Origin: Clostridia bacterium
GTDB lineage: Bacteria > Bacillota > Clostridia > RGIG6154
Assembly: GCA_045589295.1 (NCBI GenBank)
Contig: JAZNOU010000012.1
Location: 183,230 to 247,229, forward strand
Direction of reading: 5' to 3'
Length of the DNA stretch: 64,000 bases
Below, in pieces: positions 1 through 9,155 of the stretch. Position 1 is the first letter of the stretch. Each line of letters starts with the position of its first letter. Both the position numbers and the translations under genes were made by a program. Below the pieces are notes generated by a model. The model did not search any database, was not told the DNA's origin, and saw only the letters and a list, made by a program, of their open reading frames with translations.

Positions 1-3000
1 AAGGGAATTGAAATAGTTGAACCTGGTATGATTTTCGCCGAAGATGGCGAAATCTTAAAGCAACATATCAGATTTAATGCATTTGCATATCTTGATGAAG
101 CAAGTGTTAAGACTGTTGTTGTAAACGCAATCAGAACAACATTCAAAAATGATCCTTTAAGAATGCGTGGCGTTATCGATGAAATGATGACAGAACAGGA
201 TGAAGACGTTGTTAACCTTATGGATACAATGCTTGTATCTATGCTTTCAGGTTCAGATGCTGCAAGAATCAAGGGTATTATTGCAGATGCGGTGGAAGAT
301 GCGGTTGCAAATGATACAACCGGTGAGTTCAAAAACAAAATTAAAGACATCATAACAACACAGCTTGATGCAGGTAATACAACAGTTGAAACAAGCATTA
401 AAAAGGCAATTAAAGATTACTTTATGAACAGCGCAAATGATGCTAAAATCAGAGAAATCGTTTCAGACCTTATTGATGATGCTTATAAAACTGATGATGA
501 AACCGATCCGGTAAGGAATTTCGTGAAGAGTTACATAAAGACATATCTTAACGAAAACCCAACAGTTTTAGATGATATGATCAGAGAAATGGGCGAAAAT
601 TTAGATCCTAATGATCCTAACGATGCGCACATTATTGATCTTATTCATGAAGTTTTAGACGAAAATGTAATATATCTTGAAAAACTTGTTGATGATGCTA
701 TCAAGAACCTTAAAAACACAATAGGCGAACCAATACACAGCTTTATCGTTGATGCCATCACAACAGAGCTTTCAACTAATGCTGCTGAGCTTGATATTTT
801 GATTGATGAAATCTCAAATGCAAACGTAACTGATATTAAGTCGGTGCTTGCAACAGTTATGGAAGATAACGATACATTTGAAATTATTGTTAAAGATGCA
901 ATTGCCGATGAAGCGGTATTTAATAAGGTTATCAAAGCTGCTCTTGACAACGCAAGTGTATTTGATGCAATCGTAAGCGAACTTTGCAGCGGCGATACGA
1001 GCTTCTATAATATGCTTGTAGACATTGCACTTTCGTCAGATTCACTTAAGGGCGAGGTTAAAAATGCAGTTGTTAATAATGATGATGCACTTATAAGCGT
1101 ACTTAATGAAGTGGCATCTGATGCTTCACTTAAAGCTGAAATGGTTGAAGAAATTTTAGTTGCTTCTGATGCTAAGCTTAAAGATCAGCTTACAAGCCCG
1201 CTTTCTATAACATCGGATTATTATGCAGACGTTAAAGCTCAGGCACTCAGTCAGGCTGAAACTGAAATAATAGGCATAATCGAAACAGGTATCAATGAAG
1301 ATGAACACCCAGATTACTGGCCGATTGCTTTTGAAAAGGCTATGGAAATAGCAGAAGCAAGAGTTAGACAGGATCTTATTGCTGGCAGTGTTGATCCTAA
1401 CGGTTCACTTTGGGATACAATGTATGCAGAGGCAATGGCTCAAGCAGCAATTGATGTCAAAGCAGAGCTTAACGGAGGTATTACTGATGCTTCAGAATAC
1501 TACGCAGCTGCTGTAAATGGTGCTAAAGAGCAGGCAGAAAAAGAAATTACAGACTTACTTTCAACAGGTATTACTGAGGGTAGCAAGTACTGGGATGTTG
1601 CATATAGTACTGCAAAAGGAATTCTTAGAACCGAAATTGACACATCATTCGATTCAAAGATTGTAGAAATCAAGACAGATGCTAATCTTAAAGCACAGGT
1701 GGTAGCTTGGGCACAGACAGCGATTAATAACACTAATATAGAAAGTGCTATTAAGAACTATGCTAAAGGCTTGGCTACAAGCACAGACTCTGCGGATGTT
1801 AGCCTTAGAACATCAATTATTGACACTGTAATCAATACAGCAGATAGCTTAGAACCAGGTAAAAAAGAGACATTGGTTAGTGATATTATCACAGAGCTTT
1901 TGAAACCTGCAAATGCAACAGTTAAAGAGACTGTTGAAAACAAGGCTATTGAAGTATTAAACAGAGCTGAAAACAATGCACTTAAAACTACGCTTATCGA
2001 TAGTGTGCTTGAAGATATCTTTGCTGACAACACACTTAAAGGCGATTTGATTGCAAGACTTAAGACTAAGGTTAAGGACCCTGCACAGGAAGCATTTAAG
2101 TTAACTGTTATTAGCGAAGCTATCAATGCAGTTGTTAATGATAGCTCAGTTAATGCAAGGGCAGTTATAATAATAAATGACCTGATTGAAACAGATACTG
2201 CATTTAAGGCAGACATTATAGAGCACATCGTCGACTATATCTTAGAAGATGCTACTGTTAGAGCTGAAGCTATGGAAAAGGTTGTCGAAATGATTGAAGA
2301 TCCGGAAGATGACAGCCATAAGCAGGAAGCAATCGACTTTGCGTTTGACACCCTTAAGGGCGACACAACGAAACGTGCAGAAATTGTGGATAAGTTCTTA
2401 ACAAACATCTTAGGTAATAATGACAAGAGAGAAGATATGGCAACAGAAGTTATCGACATTATGTTCTCTAACGATACCTTAAGAAATAGGATTTTAGATC
2501 TTGGGTTCGAACAGATGTTCGCAGGTGAAGATACAATTGCAGAAATTGTTTCACTTGCACTCGACGAACTCATTAGTGACGATACCGTAAGACGTGATAT
2601 GATTATTGCAGTAATCAGCACTGAAAGCGGAAGAAGAAAGATTTTAGACATTCTCTTTGATGAACTTGAAAGGGATCCTGAGTTCATTGACGAAATAGTT
2701 GACATCGCAATGAACGGCAAGTATGGCGATTTGGTTGATATATTTGTATCCGACCTTATTTACAACGGAAAGATTCAGATTAATCCAGACAACAGACAAA
2801 TCGCAGAAGAAATCGTTCTTCCAATGTTAGACGACATTTCTCTTGATACTGTTTTAGGCAAATTGCCCGCAAAAGTTACAGATGTTTTACCAACATCTGT
2901 AATCGAAAAGGCGTTTAACAAGTTTAAGTCAAAAGCAAGAGAACTTTTGGTTGAAGGTATAAATGAAGCTAAAGAAGGCAACTGGAAAGACATTTCAGTT

Positions 3001-3837
3001 ATGGTGGACAACGAGCTTGATATAATTAATGAAGTTTTAGTTCCGCTTTATAATAAAGTATTCCCGAAAGTTGTTGACAAAGCTGAGGACTTCTACTACT
3101 ACAACGAAAATGTTTACTTAAAAGCAATAGTTGACATGATTGACCCTGAGTTCTTGCTTGATAACACAAAACCGGCATCAATTGGTGGAACAGGATACAG
3201 ATTAAGAACAACAGAAGAATATTATGAAATTATCAGAAATATCTCTGTTTTAGTTGATGATGCAGCAAACTGGTATATGGAAAACATTTCTGATGACCAG
3301 ATTAACGGTGCTATTGACAAAGTTGCAGGAAAAGTTAATACTTTACTTGCAAAGGTTAATGGACTTGTGGGCGGAAGAATACCAATGTCTAAGATTGACA
3401 AAGTGGTTGAATACACCAAGAAGGCTCTTGATAAGAGAGAAAGCGTTTATAATATTACAACAAATGGTGTATTTGAAAAGGTTGACAAGGTTTATAACAA
3501 GCTTATTGAAATTGTTAAAAACAAAACCGGTGTTGATATTACTAAGTCTACTACGATAGAAGTTACTTTTGACGGAAGTGAAATCGACGTAAACGGTAAG
3601 GATGTCAACATTGACAATCGTAAGATAAGCATCAGTGTTAAAGGTTACAAATTTGAACTTGATTCAGAATCAATCACAGCACTTAACAAAACTGTTAATA
3701 TTGACAGATTTGTTCAAAAAGCTGCCGATTTATTCGGAACAAGAAGTGTAACATTTAAAATTATAAATGATGCTCCGTACAGCTACGGTGCTTATGTGGG
3801 CAATAACTACATAAAGTTAGCTGCTGAGTACAAATAA
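1..3837 (+). CDS. Giant acidic alpha-helical repeat protein, 5' end outside the window; probable surface/structural protein
   Basis: Frame 1 is open from base 1 (KGIEIVEPGM...), so the ORF-track start at 28 is probably internal. D/E/I/A-rich, with 14-, ~30- and 18-residue repeats; no catalytic motif recognised. Confidence 0.8.
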   Translation, partial: KGIEIVEPGMIFAEDGEILKQHIRFNAFAYLDEASVKTVVVNAIRTTFKNDPLRMRGVIDEMMTEQDEDVVNLMDTMLVSMLSGSDAARIKGIIADAVEDAVANDTTGEFKNKIKDIITTQLDAGNTTVETSIKKAIKDYFMNSANDAKIREIVSDLIDDAYKTDDETDPVRNFVKSYIKTYLNENPTVLDDMIREMGENLDPNDPNDAHIIDLIHEVLDENVIYLEKLVDDAIKNLKNTIGEPIHSFIVDAITTELSTNAAELDILIDEISNANVTDIKSVLATVMEDNDTFEIIVKDAIADEAVFNKVIKAALDNASVFDAIVSELCSGDTSFYNMLVDIALSSDSLKGEVKNAVVNNDDALISVLNEVASDASLKAEMVEEILVASDAKLKDQLTSPLSITSDYYADVKAQALSQAETEIIGIIETGINEDEHPDYWPIAFEKAMEIAEARVRQDLIAGSVDPNGSLWDTMYAEAMAQAAIDVKAELNGGITDASEYYAAAVNGAKEQAEKEITDLLSTGITEGSKYWDVAYSTAKGILRTEIDTSFDSKIVEIKTDANLKAQVVAWAQTAINNTNIESAIKNYAKGLATSTDSADVSLRTSIIDTVINTADSLEPGKKETLVSDIITELLKPANATVKETVENKAIEVLNRAENNALKTTLIDSVLEDIFADNTLKGDLIARLKTKVKDPAQEAFKLTVISEAINAVVNDSSVNARAVIIINDLIETDTAFKADIIEHIVDYILEDATVRAEAMEKVVEMIEDPEDDSHKQEAIDFAFDTLKGDTTKRAEIVDKFLTNILGNNDKREDMATEVIDIMFSNDTLRNRILDLGFEQMFAGEDTIAEIVSLALDELISDDTVRRDMIIAVISTESGRRKILDILFDELERDPEFIDEIVDIAMNGKYGDLVDIFVSDLIYNGKIQINPDNRQIAEEIVLPMLDDISLDTVLGKLPAKVTDVLPTSVIEKAFNKFKSKARELLVEGINEAKEGNWKDISVMVDNELDIINEVLVPLYNKVFPKVVDKAEDFYYYNENVYLKAIVDMIDPEFLLDNTKPASIGGTGYRLRTTEEYYEIIRNISVLVDDAANWYMENISDDQINGAIDKVAGKVNTLLAKVNGLVGGRIPMSKIDKVVEYTKKALDKRESVYNITTNGVFEKVDKVYNKLIEIVKNKTGVDITKSTTIEVTFDGSEIDVNGKDVNIDNRKISISVKGYKFELDSESITALNKTVNIDRFVQKAADLFGTRSVTFKIINDAPYSYGAYVGNNYIKLAAEYK

Positions 3838-3846
3838 TTAATGGTC

Positions 3847-3875
3847 AGCGGGTAAACAGTATAAGTTTACCCGCT
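3847..3875 (+). other. Intercistronic stem-loop without U-tract
   Basis: agcgggtaaac-agtataa-gtttacccgct: perfect 11-bp stem between the giant ORF stop and the next RBS. Confidence 0.7.
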
Positions 3876-3902
3876 TGATTAAAAAAGAGAGGATGATACA
3901 TT

Positions 3903-5468
3903 TTGAAAAAAGCATTATGTCTTGTTTTAGCTTTAATGTTATGTCTTCCATCTGTGGTTGCTTTTGCAGACATAGAAGGAACTGTACAGGGCGATATAAT
4001 GCTCACTTCAACAGAGGGCGAAGCTTTGCCTGAGGATAAAGAAACTGCAACTGAAACATCAGATGCGCTTAAGTTCAGCGATATTATTGCAGATTCGGTT
4101 CTTGGTGAGGCTGTATACAAGCTTGTTGATGCAAAGGTGATATCGGGGTATCCTGATGGCACATTCAGACCTGATTCAGGGGTGACTCGTGCCGAACTTT
4201 GTAAAATGATAAATCTGGTTTATGATTTAGATGTAAAAGCGACAAGTATGTCTTTTAAAGATGTAACAGAAGAAGACTGGTATTATGATTACGTTTTGGT
4301 TGCGGTCCAGGCGGGATATATTAAAGGCTTTACAGATAACACATTCAGAGGGGACGACCCTGTTACAAGAGAACAGGCGTGTGCTATTATAAACAGAGTA
4401 ACAACAGCAAAAGGTGCAAGTCTTTTTGACTTACCTTTTACAGATAACATAACAGATGCTGTGTCAGATTGGGCATTGGAAGATGTTAAAAAAATTATTG
4501 CAAACTATGTAATGCCTTTGGAAGCAGGCGGTAAATTCCGTGCAACAGAGGATATTACAAGAGGCGAGCTTGCGCTTGCATTAGAAGGTTTTGTTGTTAT
4601 AGTTCCTGAATATACAGTAACTTTTGAAACAAATGGAGGAAGTGAGATTGCTTCTGTTGTGGTTAAAGAGGGTAAAACAGTTGCAAAACCTGAAGATCCG
4701 AAAAAAGATAACTATACTTTCAATGGTTGGTATACAGACAGTAAGCTTAAAACTGCTTATGATTTTGAAAAAACGGTTTCAGATAACATTACACTTTATG
4801 CAAAATGGCAGGCAAAAGTAACAGGCGGTGGCGGTGGAGGAGTTTATATTCCGCCTTCAGGTGGTACACCTTCATCGTACACAGTAACCTTTAATTCAAA
4901 AGGCGGCAGTGCAGTTGACAGCGTAACGGTTACATCGGGCGCAACAATTTCAGCACCTGCAGAGCCTACAAAAGAAATGAAAGTGTTTACAGGCTGGTAT
5001 ACAGACTCTGCTTGCACAAATCTTTTTGATTTTACAACTCCAATAACAGGCAATATTACGCTTTATGCGGGTTGGGAAGATGACCATGCGGCTATGAATG
5101 GTCAAAAAATATCCGACCTTACAATATTTAAAGAGGCGTTGGTTGCTACTACATTTGACATTCAGCCTCATACAGACATGGCAAGCATAATTGTTTCCAC
5201 GTTTGAAAGTGTGATTTCTGATGGTGAGTCCGGAATAATTCTTACAAATGACTATATTAAAACAACGTACGAAGCAAATATGCTCCAGATAAAAGATATT
5301 TGGGAGAATCAGCTGTTTGTAGATACATTCTCAGACGAGCAACAGGATTTTAAAGATAAAATAGCGCTTGTTTTAACAGATGCACAAGCAAACGGCTATT
5401 CAATGTCACTTTCAGAAACTTATGTATTGTTCAGAACAATAATAGGTGATTTTATAAATTGGGAATAA
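3903..5468 (+). CDS. Secreted SLH-domain protein with two InlB B-repeat (Listeria-Bacteroides repeat) domains and an unknown helical C-terminal domain
   Basis: Signal peptide MKKALCLVLALMLCLPSVVAFA; SLH motifs (GYPDGTFRPDSGVTRAE, GFTDNTFRGDDPVTREQ, FRATEDITRGE); two YTVTFxxxGGS...FxGWYTD...ITLYAxW repeats joined by a Gly linker. Confidence 0.9.
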   Translation: MKKALCLVLALMLCLPSVVAFADIEGTVQGDIMLTSTEGEALPEDKETATETSDALKFSDIIADSVLGEAVYKLVDAKVISGYPDGTFRPDSGVTRAELCKMINLVYDLDVKATSMSFKDVTEEDWYYDYVLVAVQAGYIKGFTDNTFRGDDPVTREQACAIINRVTTAKGASLFDLPFTDNITDAVSDWALEDVKKIIANYVMPLEAGGKFRATEDITRGELALALEGFVVIVPEYTVTFETNGGSEIASVVVKEGKTVAKPEDPKKDNYTFNGWYTDSKLKTAYDFEKTVSDNITLYAKWQAKVTGGGGGGVYIPPSGGTPSSYTVTFNSKGGSAVDSVTVTSGATISAPAEPTKEMKVFTGWYTDSACTNLFDFTTPITGNITLYAGWEDDHAAMNGQKISDLTIFKEALVATTFDIQPHTDMASIIVSTFESVISDGESGIILTNDYIKTTYEANMLQIKDIWENQLFVDTFSDEQQDFKDKIALVLTDAQANGYSMSLSETYVLFRTIIGDFINWE

Positions 5469-5474
5469 GTTGTT

Positions 5475-5506
5475 AAAAGGTGAAAGTTTTATCTTTCGCC
5501 TTTTTT
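5475..5506 (+). terminator. Rho-independent terminator
   Basis: aaaaggtgaaag/ctttcgcctttt stem followed by T-run. Confidence 0.8.
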
Positions 5507-5522
5507 ATGTACTAAAATACTA

Positions 5523-5551
5523 TTGACTTTATTTGCTAAATATTATATAAT
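5523..5551 (+). promoter_or_regulatory. sigmaA promoter of secDF
   Basis: TTGACT-17 nt-TATAAT. Confidence 0.8.
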
Positions 5552-5590
5552 ATTTATACATGTGGACAAAGTTTTAAGGAGGAAAAAAGC

Positions 5591-6892
5591 ATGGGAAAAA
5601 GTTTTGCAAAGCTTTTGGTTGCAGTACTCTTGATTGCAGTTATTATTTATCTTGCATTCTTTGATGTTACAATCGGAAGTTTCAAAAAACCGGGCGTTTT
5701 CAGTGATGAAAGTGGTGTTGGCTCGGTTATTAAAGGTTTGGATTTAACAGGTGGTTCTGTTCTTACATTTGAGGCACAGGCAGACTCTGTTACAACAGAA
5801 CAAATGTCAACTGTTATCAATATTATGAGAACACGTCTTGACAGCCTTGGTTATACAGAGGCTACAGTTAGAAGTCAGGGCGACAAGAAATTTGTTGTTG
5901 AAATGCCGGCTATTACAAATCCGGATCAGGCAGAAGCTCTCTTAGGAAGAACAGCGCAGCTTAGATTTGTTGATGCTGATGGAAATGAAGTTTTGAGCGG
6001 AACAGATGTTAAAAAAGCTGTAAAATCATATGGACAGCTTTCACAGACAGCTGCTGCTGAAAACTATGTTGAACTTCAGCTTAATGATGAGGCTATTGCA
6101 AAGTTTGCTGCAGCAACAAAAGCAGCGGCTAACGCACAGCCTGATGAAAACGGAAATGCTAAAAACTTTATAGCTATTATGCTTGATGAGGAAGTAGTTT
6201 CTGCTCCTTCAGTTAGTGCTGAATATGCAGCAGAAGGTATTAATTCAGATACTGCTATTATTTCAGGTGGTTTCACTGCGCAAGGCGCAGAAGAGCTTGC
6301 AAGCATCATTAATGCAGGTCAGCTCCCGTTTGCCTTAAAGACAGTTTCTAAGTCATCTGTTGGTGCAACACTTGGTGAAAGAGCTTTAGAATCAAGCCTT
6401 TTTGGTGCATTAATCGGTCTTATCATCATTTTGGCGTTTATGCTCATTATCTATAGAGCAATGGGATTAGCTGCTGATATTGCGCTTGCTTGCTACATCG
6501 GTATCTTAATGCTTATCATGGGACTTTTAAGAGTTAACTTAACACTTCCTGGTATTGCAGGTATCATTCTTTCGATCGGTATGGCAGTTGATGCTAATGT
6601 TATCATCTTTGAAAGAGTTAAAGAAGAATTAAAATCAGGCAAAACAACAAAGGCTGCGGTTGCAGCAGGTTTTAAAAGAGCGTTTGCCGCAATCGTTGAC
6701 TCAAACATTACAACTCTTATCGCTGCAGTTGTACTTTATGTAGTTGGCGCGGGTCTTATCAAAGGTTTTGCTATCACATTGGGATTAGGTATTATTGTAA
6801 GTATGTTTACTGCAATTTTTGTAACTAAGTTCTTGCTTAAACAGGTTGTTGAGCTTTTTGGCAAGAATCCTAAGTTGTACTGCGGAAGATAA
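5591..6892 (+). CDS. secD: Protein translocase subunit SecD
   Basis: GLDLTGG, AIMLD, GQLP, SVGATLG, LTLPGIAGIILSIGMAVDANVIIFERVKEE. Confidence 0.97.
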   Translation: MGKSFAKLLVAVLLIAVIIYLAFFDVTIGSFKKPGVFSDESGVGSVIKGLDLTGGSVLTFEAQADSVTTEQMSTVINIMRTRLDSLGYTEATVRSQGDKKFVVEMPAITNPDQAEALLGRTAQLRFVDADGNEVLSGTDVKKAVKSYGQLSQTAAAENYVELQLNDEAIAKFAAATKAAANAQPDENGNAKNFIAIMLDEEVVSAPSVSAEYAAEGINSDTAIISGGFTAQGAEELASIINAGQLPFALKTVSKSSVGATLGERALESSLFGALIGLIIILAFMLIIYRAMGLAADIALACYIGILMLIMGLLRVNLTLPGIAGIILSIGMAVDANVIIFERVKEELKSGKTTKAAVAAGFKRAFAAIVDSNITTLIAAVVLYVVGAGLIKGFAITLGLGIIVSMFTAIFVTKFLLKQVVELFGKNPKLYCGR

Positions 6893-6905
6893 GGGGGGCT
6901 GAAAA

Positions 6906-7793
6906 ATGTTTAATATTGTAAAAAATAAAAAGATTTTCTATATCGTTTCAGCAGTTATTATCCTCGCAGGTATTGTTTCAATGCTTACACAGGGCTTTAA
7001 AATGGACATTGATTTTGCTGGCGGTATTGAATGTACAGTAAATGTAGGCGCTGAAGTAGACAGTGCTAAATTAAGTGAAATTGCAAGTATTGTAAAAGAA
7101 GCAACAGGTTCTAATGCAACTGTTATTAAAACAGGTGTAAATGGTACAGAAGCACTCATTAAAATTTCTGATGAGCTTACAACAGAAAAAGAACTTTCTA
7201 TGAAAGCTGCACTTAAAGAAAAGCTTGGCATCGAGGATAATGCAATTACAAACTTTGAGGTTGTTTCACCTACAGTAGGAAAAGAAATGCAGACTTCTGC
7301 TTTGTTGGCGGTTATTATCGCAGTAGCTTTGATGCTTGTTTACATTTCTGTAAGATTTGAATTTTTGTCAGGTTGTGCTGCAGTATGTGCACTTATCCAT
7401 GACGTTTTGATTATGCTTTCATTCTACTCAATTTTTGGAATTGCAATCAATACAACATTTATTGCTGCAATTCTTACAATTTTGGGTTACTCAATCAACG
7501 CAACTATCGTTCTTTTCGACAGAGTAAGAGAAAATCAGAAACTTACAAGAAAAGAAACATTTTCAAACATCGTAAATACAAGTGTGTGGCAGACAATGTT
7601 TCGTTCATTAAATACTTCAATCACAACACTTGCAACAATTATTGTATTGTTCTTTGTTGGTGTTGATTCAATCAAAGAATTTGCACTTCCTATTACAGTT
7701 GGCGTTGTTGCAGGCTTTTACTCATCAGTATTCCTTTCAGGTAACATCTGGGTTGAGTTTAAAAAACTTGCTAAGCACAAAAATGTTGCATAA
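6906..7793 (+). CDS. secF: Protein translocase subunit SecF
   Basis: IDFAGG, VSPTVG, LIHDV, LTILGYSINATIVLFDRVREN, RSLNTS. Confidence 0.97.
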   Translation: MFNIVKNKKIFYIVSAVIILAGIVSMLTQGFKMDIDFAGGIECTVNVGAEVDSAKLSEIASIVKEATGSNATVIKTGVNGTEALIKISDELTTEKELSMKAALKEKLGIEDNAITNFEVVSPTVGKEMQTSALLAVIIAVALMLVYISVRFEFLSGCAAVCALIHDVLIMLSFYSIFGIAINTTFIAAILTILGYSINATIVLFDRVRENQKLTRKETFSNIVNTSVWQTMFRSLNTSITTLATIIVLFFVGVDSIKEFALPITVGVVAGFYSSVFLSGNIWVEFKKLAKHKNVA

Positions 7794-7811
7794 AATATTA
7801 GTTTAAATTAT

Positions 7812-7845
7812 AGCTTCCCGACTTAAATAGTCGGGAAGCTTTGTT
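7812..7845 (+). terminator. secDF terminator
   Basis: agcttcccgact-taaat-agtcgggaagct: perfect 12-bp stem followed by ttgtt. Confidence 0.8.
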
Positions 7846-7879
7846 ATATATTTTTTGTTTTTGCACGGTTTGGGTCAAT

Positions 7880-7897
7880 AATGTATAAATATTCATA
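7880..7897. promoter_or_regulatory. Putative ARG box (ArgR/AhrC operator)
   Basis: aaTGTATaaatATTCAta versus the TGMAT-N4-ATKCA consensus; lies just upstream of the -35 of an operon that contains argR. Confidence 0.45.
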
Positions 7898-7903
7898 AAT
7901 CAG

Positions 7904-7932
7904 TTTACTTTTTTGAATAATTGTGGTATACT
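7904..7932 (+). promoter_or_regulatory. sigmaA promoter of the OLE operon (extended -10)
   Basis: TTTACT-17 nt-TATACT with TGn extension; predicted start about 7939. Confidence 0.75.
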
Positions 7933-7946
7933 ATTGTTGTAAAATT

Positions 7947-8549
7947 GGGTGGTGCAGTATTCTAGTCAGATTTTTTCATTCCCAGGACGGGCCTAAAAAT
8001 CCGTTGAAGGGCACATCGATGAAGTTTCTGGTGCGGGCTTTCGACGCCCAGTCGAGGGTTTGTGCTGGGAGTTAAGGATTAAGGGCGGTCGGCAATGGCA
8101 TGCAGAATTCGACCCTTCTTCCGTGGAGACCTATACTTGTGCCGTATTGGCCGACTAGTCTGTGAAGACTCGGCTGAAAAGGTACGACTTAGGATTAAAC
8201 CTGCGTTGCGGTCTTTTTTGGCTGTGCGCAGAGTAGCCTGCCTTGAGCGGTTGTGGTGGATTGCAAGATCAGGTTTTGTCTGGTTGGCCGACCGGACAAA
8301 ACTATTGCTTCATGAAACCACATTTGCAAAAGAGGCTAAGATTGATTAAATCTGTCGAGGAAATCTCCTAGACTGTTGGAAACAGATACGCAAAGGATTG
8401 AAGTGCGGACTAAGTGGCAATCGGGTACAAAGTTGAGCGATCGCTTTGGTCTTCTTTTAAAGGGAAACCGCTTACATCGGCGACGAGTGAGCAAGAAGGC
8501 GGGAAAGCCAACCCGACCTAAGCCGTAAATTTTACTTTGTGTATTACCC
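7947..8549 (+). ncRNA. ole: OLE RNA (ornate, large, extremophilic)
   Basis: ~600-nt GC-richer non-coding block; closing stem gggtggtgca (7947-7956) / tgtattaccc (8540-8549); OLE-like segments GUAUUCUAGUCAG, GGGCCUAAAAAUCCGU, GGGCACAUCGAUGAAG, GUAGCCUGCCUUGAG, GACUAAGUGG, GACCUAAGCCG; immediately followed by oapA-dxs-tlyA-nadK-argR-recN, the known OLE gene context. Confidence 0.93.
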
Positions 8550-8582
8550 CTTAAATTTACATTTATTTGGGAGAAATGATAA

Positions 8583-9152
8583 TTGAAAAAGAAAATTAGA
8601 TTTAAACCGGGAAAGAAACAAATAAGCATAAAATATATTTTTGTGATTTCTTTAATAACTCTTGCTATTGCCGTTTTAATGAAAGCAATAAGCGATGCTA
8701 TTTTGGAAAATATTGTATTAACATACAGCTATTTTATTCTGCTGGGAATAATTTTAATTGGTATTATATTTGACATAGTAGGCGTTGCGGTTACTTCAAG
8801 TGACGATACAAAATTTCACGCTATGGCGGCAGACAAAGTGTATGGAGCAAAAGAAAGCATTATGCTTATAAAAAATGCGGAAAAAGTTTCCAGTATCTGC
8901 AATGACGTAATAGGTGATGTGTGTGGTATTGTAAGTGGAGCAGTGTCCTCTTGGGTTGTAGTGCAACTTGCAATGGGGGCACTAAAAGGCGAAGAAATTC
9001 TCGCTCTGGTTATGACAGGCGTTGTTTCGGCATTAACTGTAGGTGGCAAAGCTCTTGGTAAGTTTTTTGCACTTAATTACAATTGCAGTATTGTGTATAT
9101 TGCGGGGAAAATAATACGATTTTTTAAGTTTTCCAAGAACTATAGGAGGTAG
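8583..9152 (+). CDS. oapA: OLE-associated protein A (CNNM/DUF21-like membrane protein)
   Basis: TTG start, about 4 TM segments, FDIVGVAVT, FHAMAA, SSICNDVIGDVCGIVSG (DxxxD), TVGGKALGK; directly downstream of OLE RNA. Confidence 0.9.
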   Translation: MKKKIRFKPGKKQISIKYIFVISLITLAIAVLMKAISDAILENIVLTYSYFILLGIILIGIIFDIVGVAVTSSDDTKFHAMAADKVYGAKESIMLIKNAEKVSSICNDVIGDVCGIVSGAVSSWVVVQLAMGALKGEEILALVMTGVVSALTVGGKALGKFFALNYNCSIVYIAGKIIRFFKFSKNYRR

Positions 9153-9155
9153 ACC

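Noticed and set aside
645-3419. Series of Ser/Ile-rich antisense ORFs in the giant gene
   Set aside because: Shadow frames from the codon bias of the sense gene; the same applies to antisense ORFs in other genes.
8095-8629. ORFs 8095-8349 (+) and 8336-8629 (-)
   Set aside because: They overlap the OLE RNA, have no clear RBS and atypical composition; GC-richer structured RNA explains the open frames.
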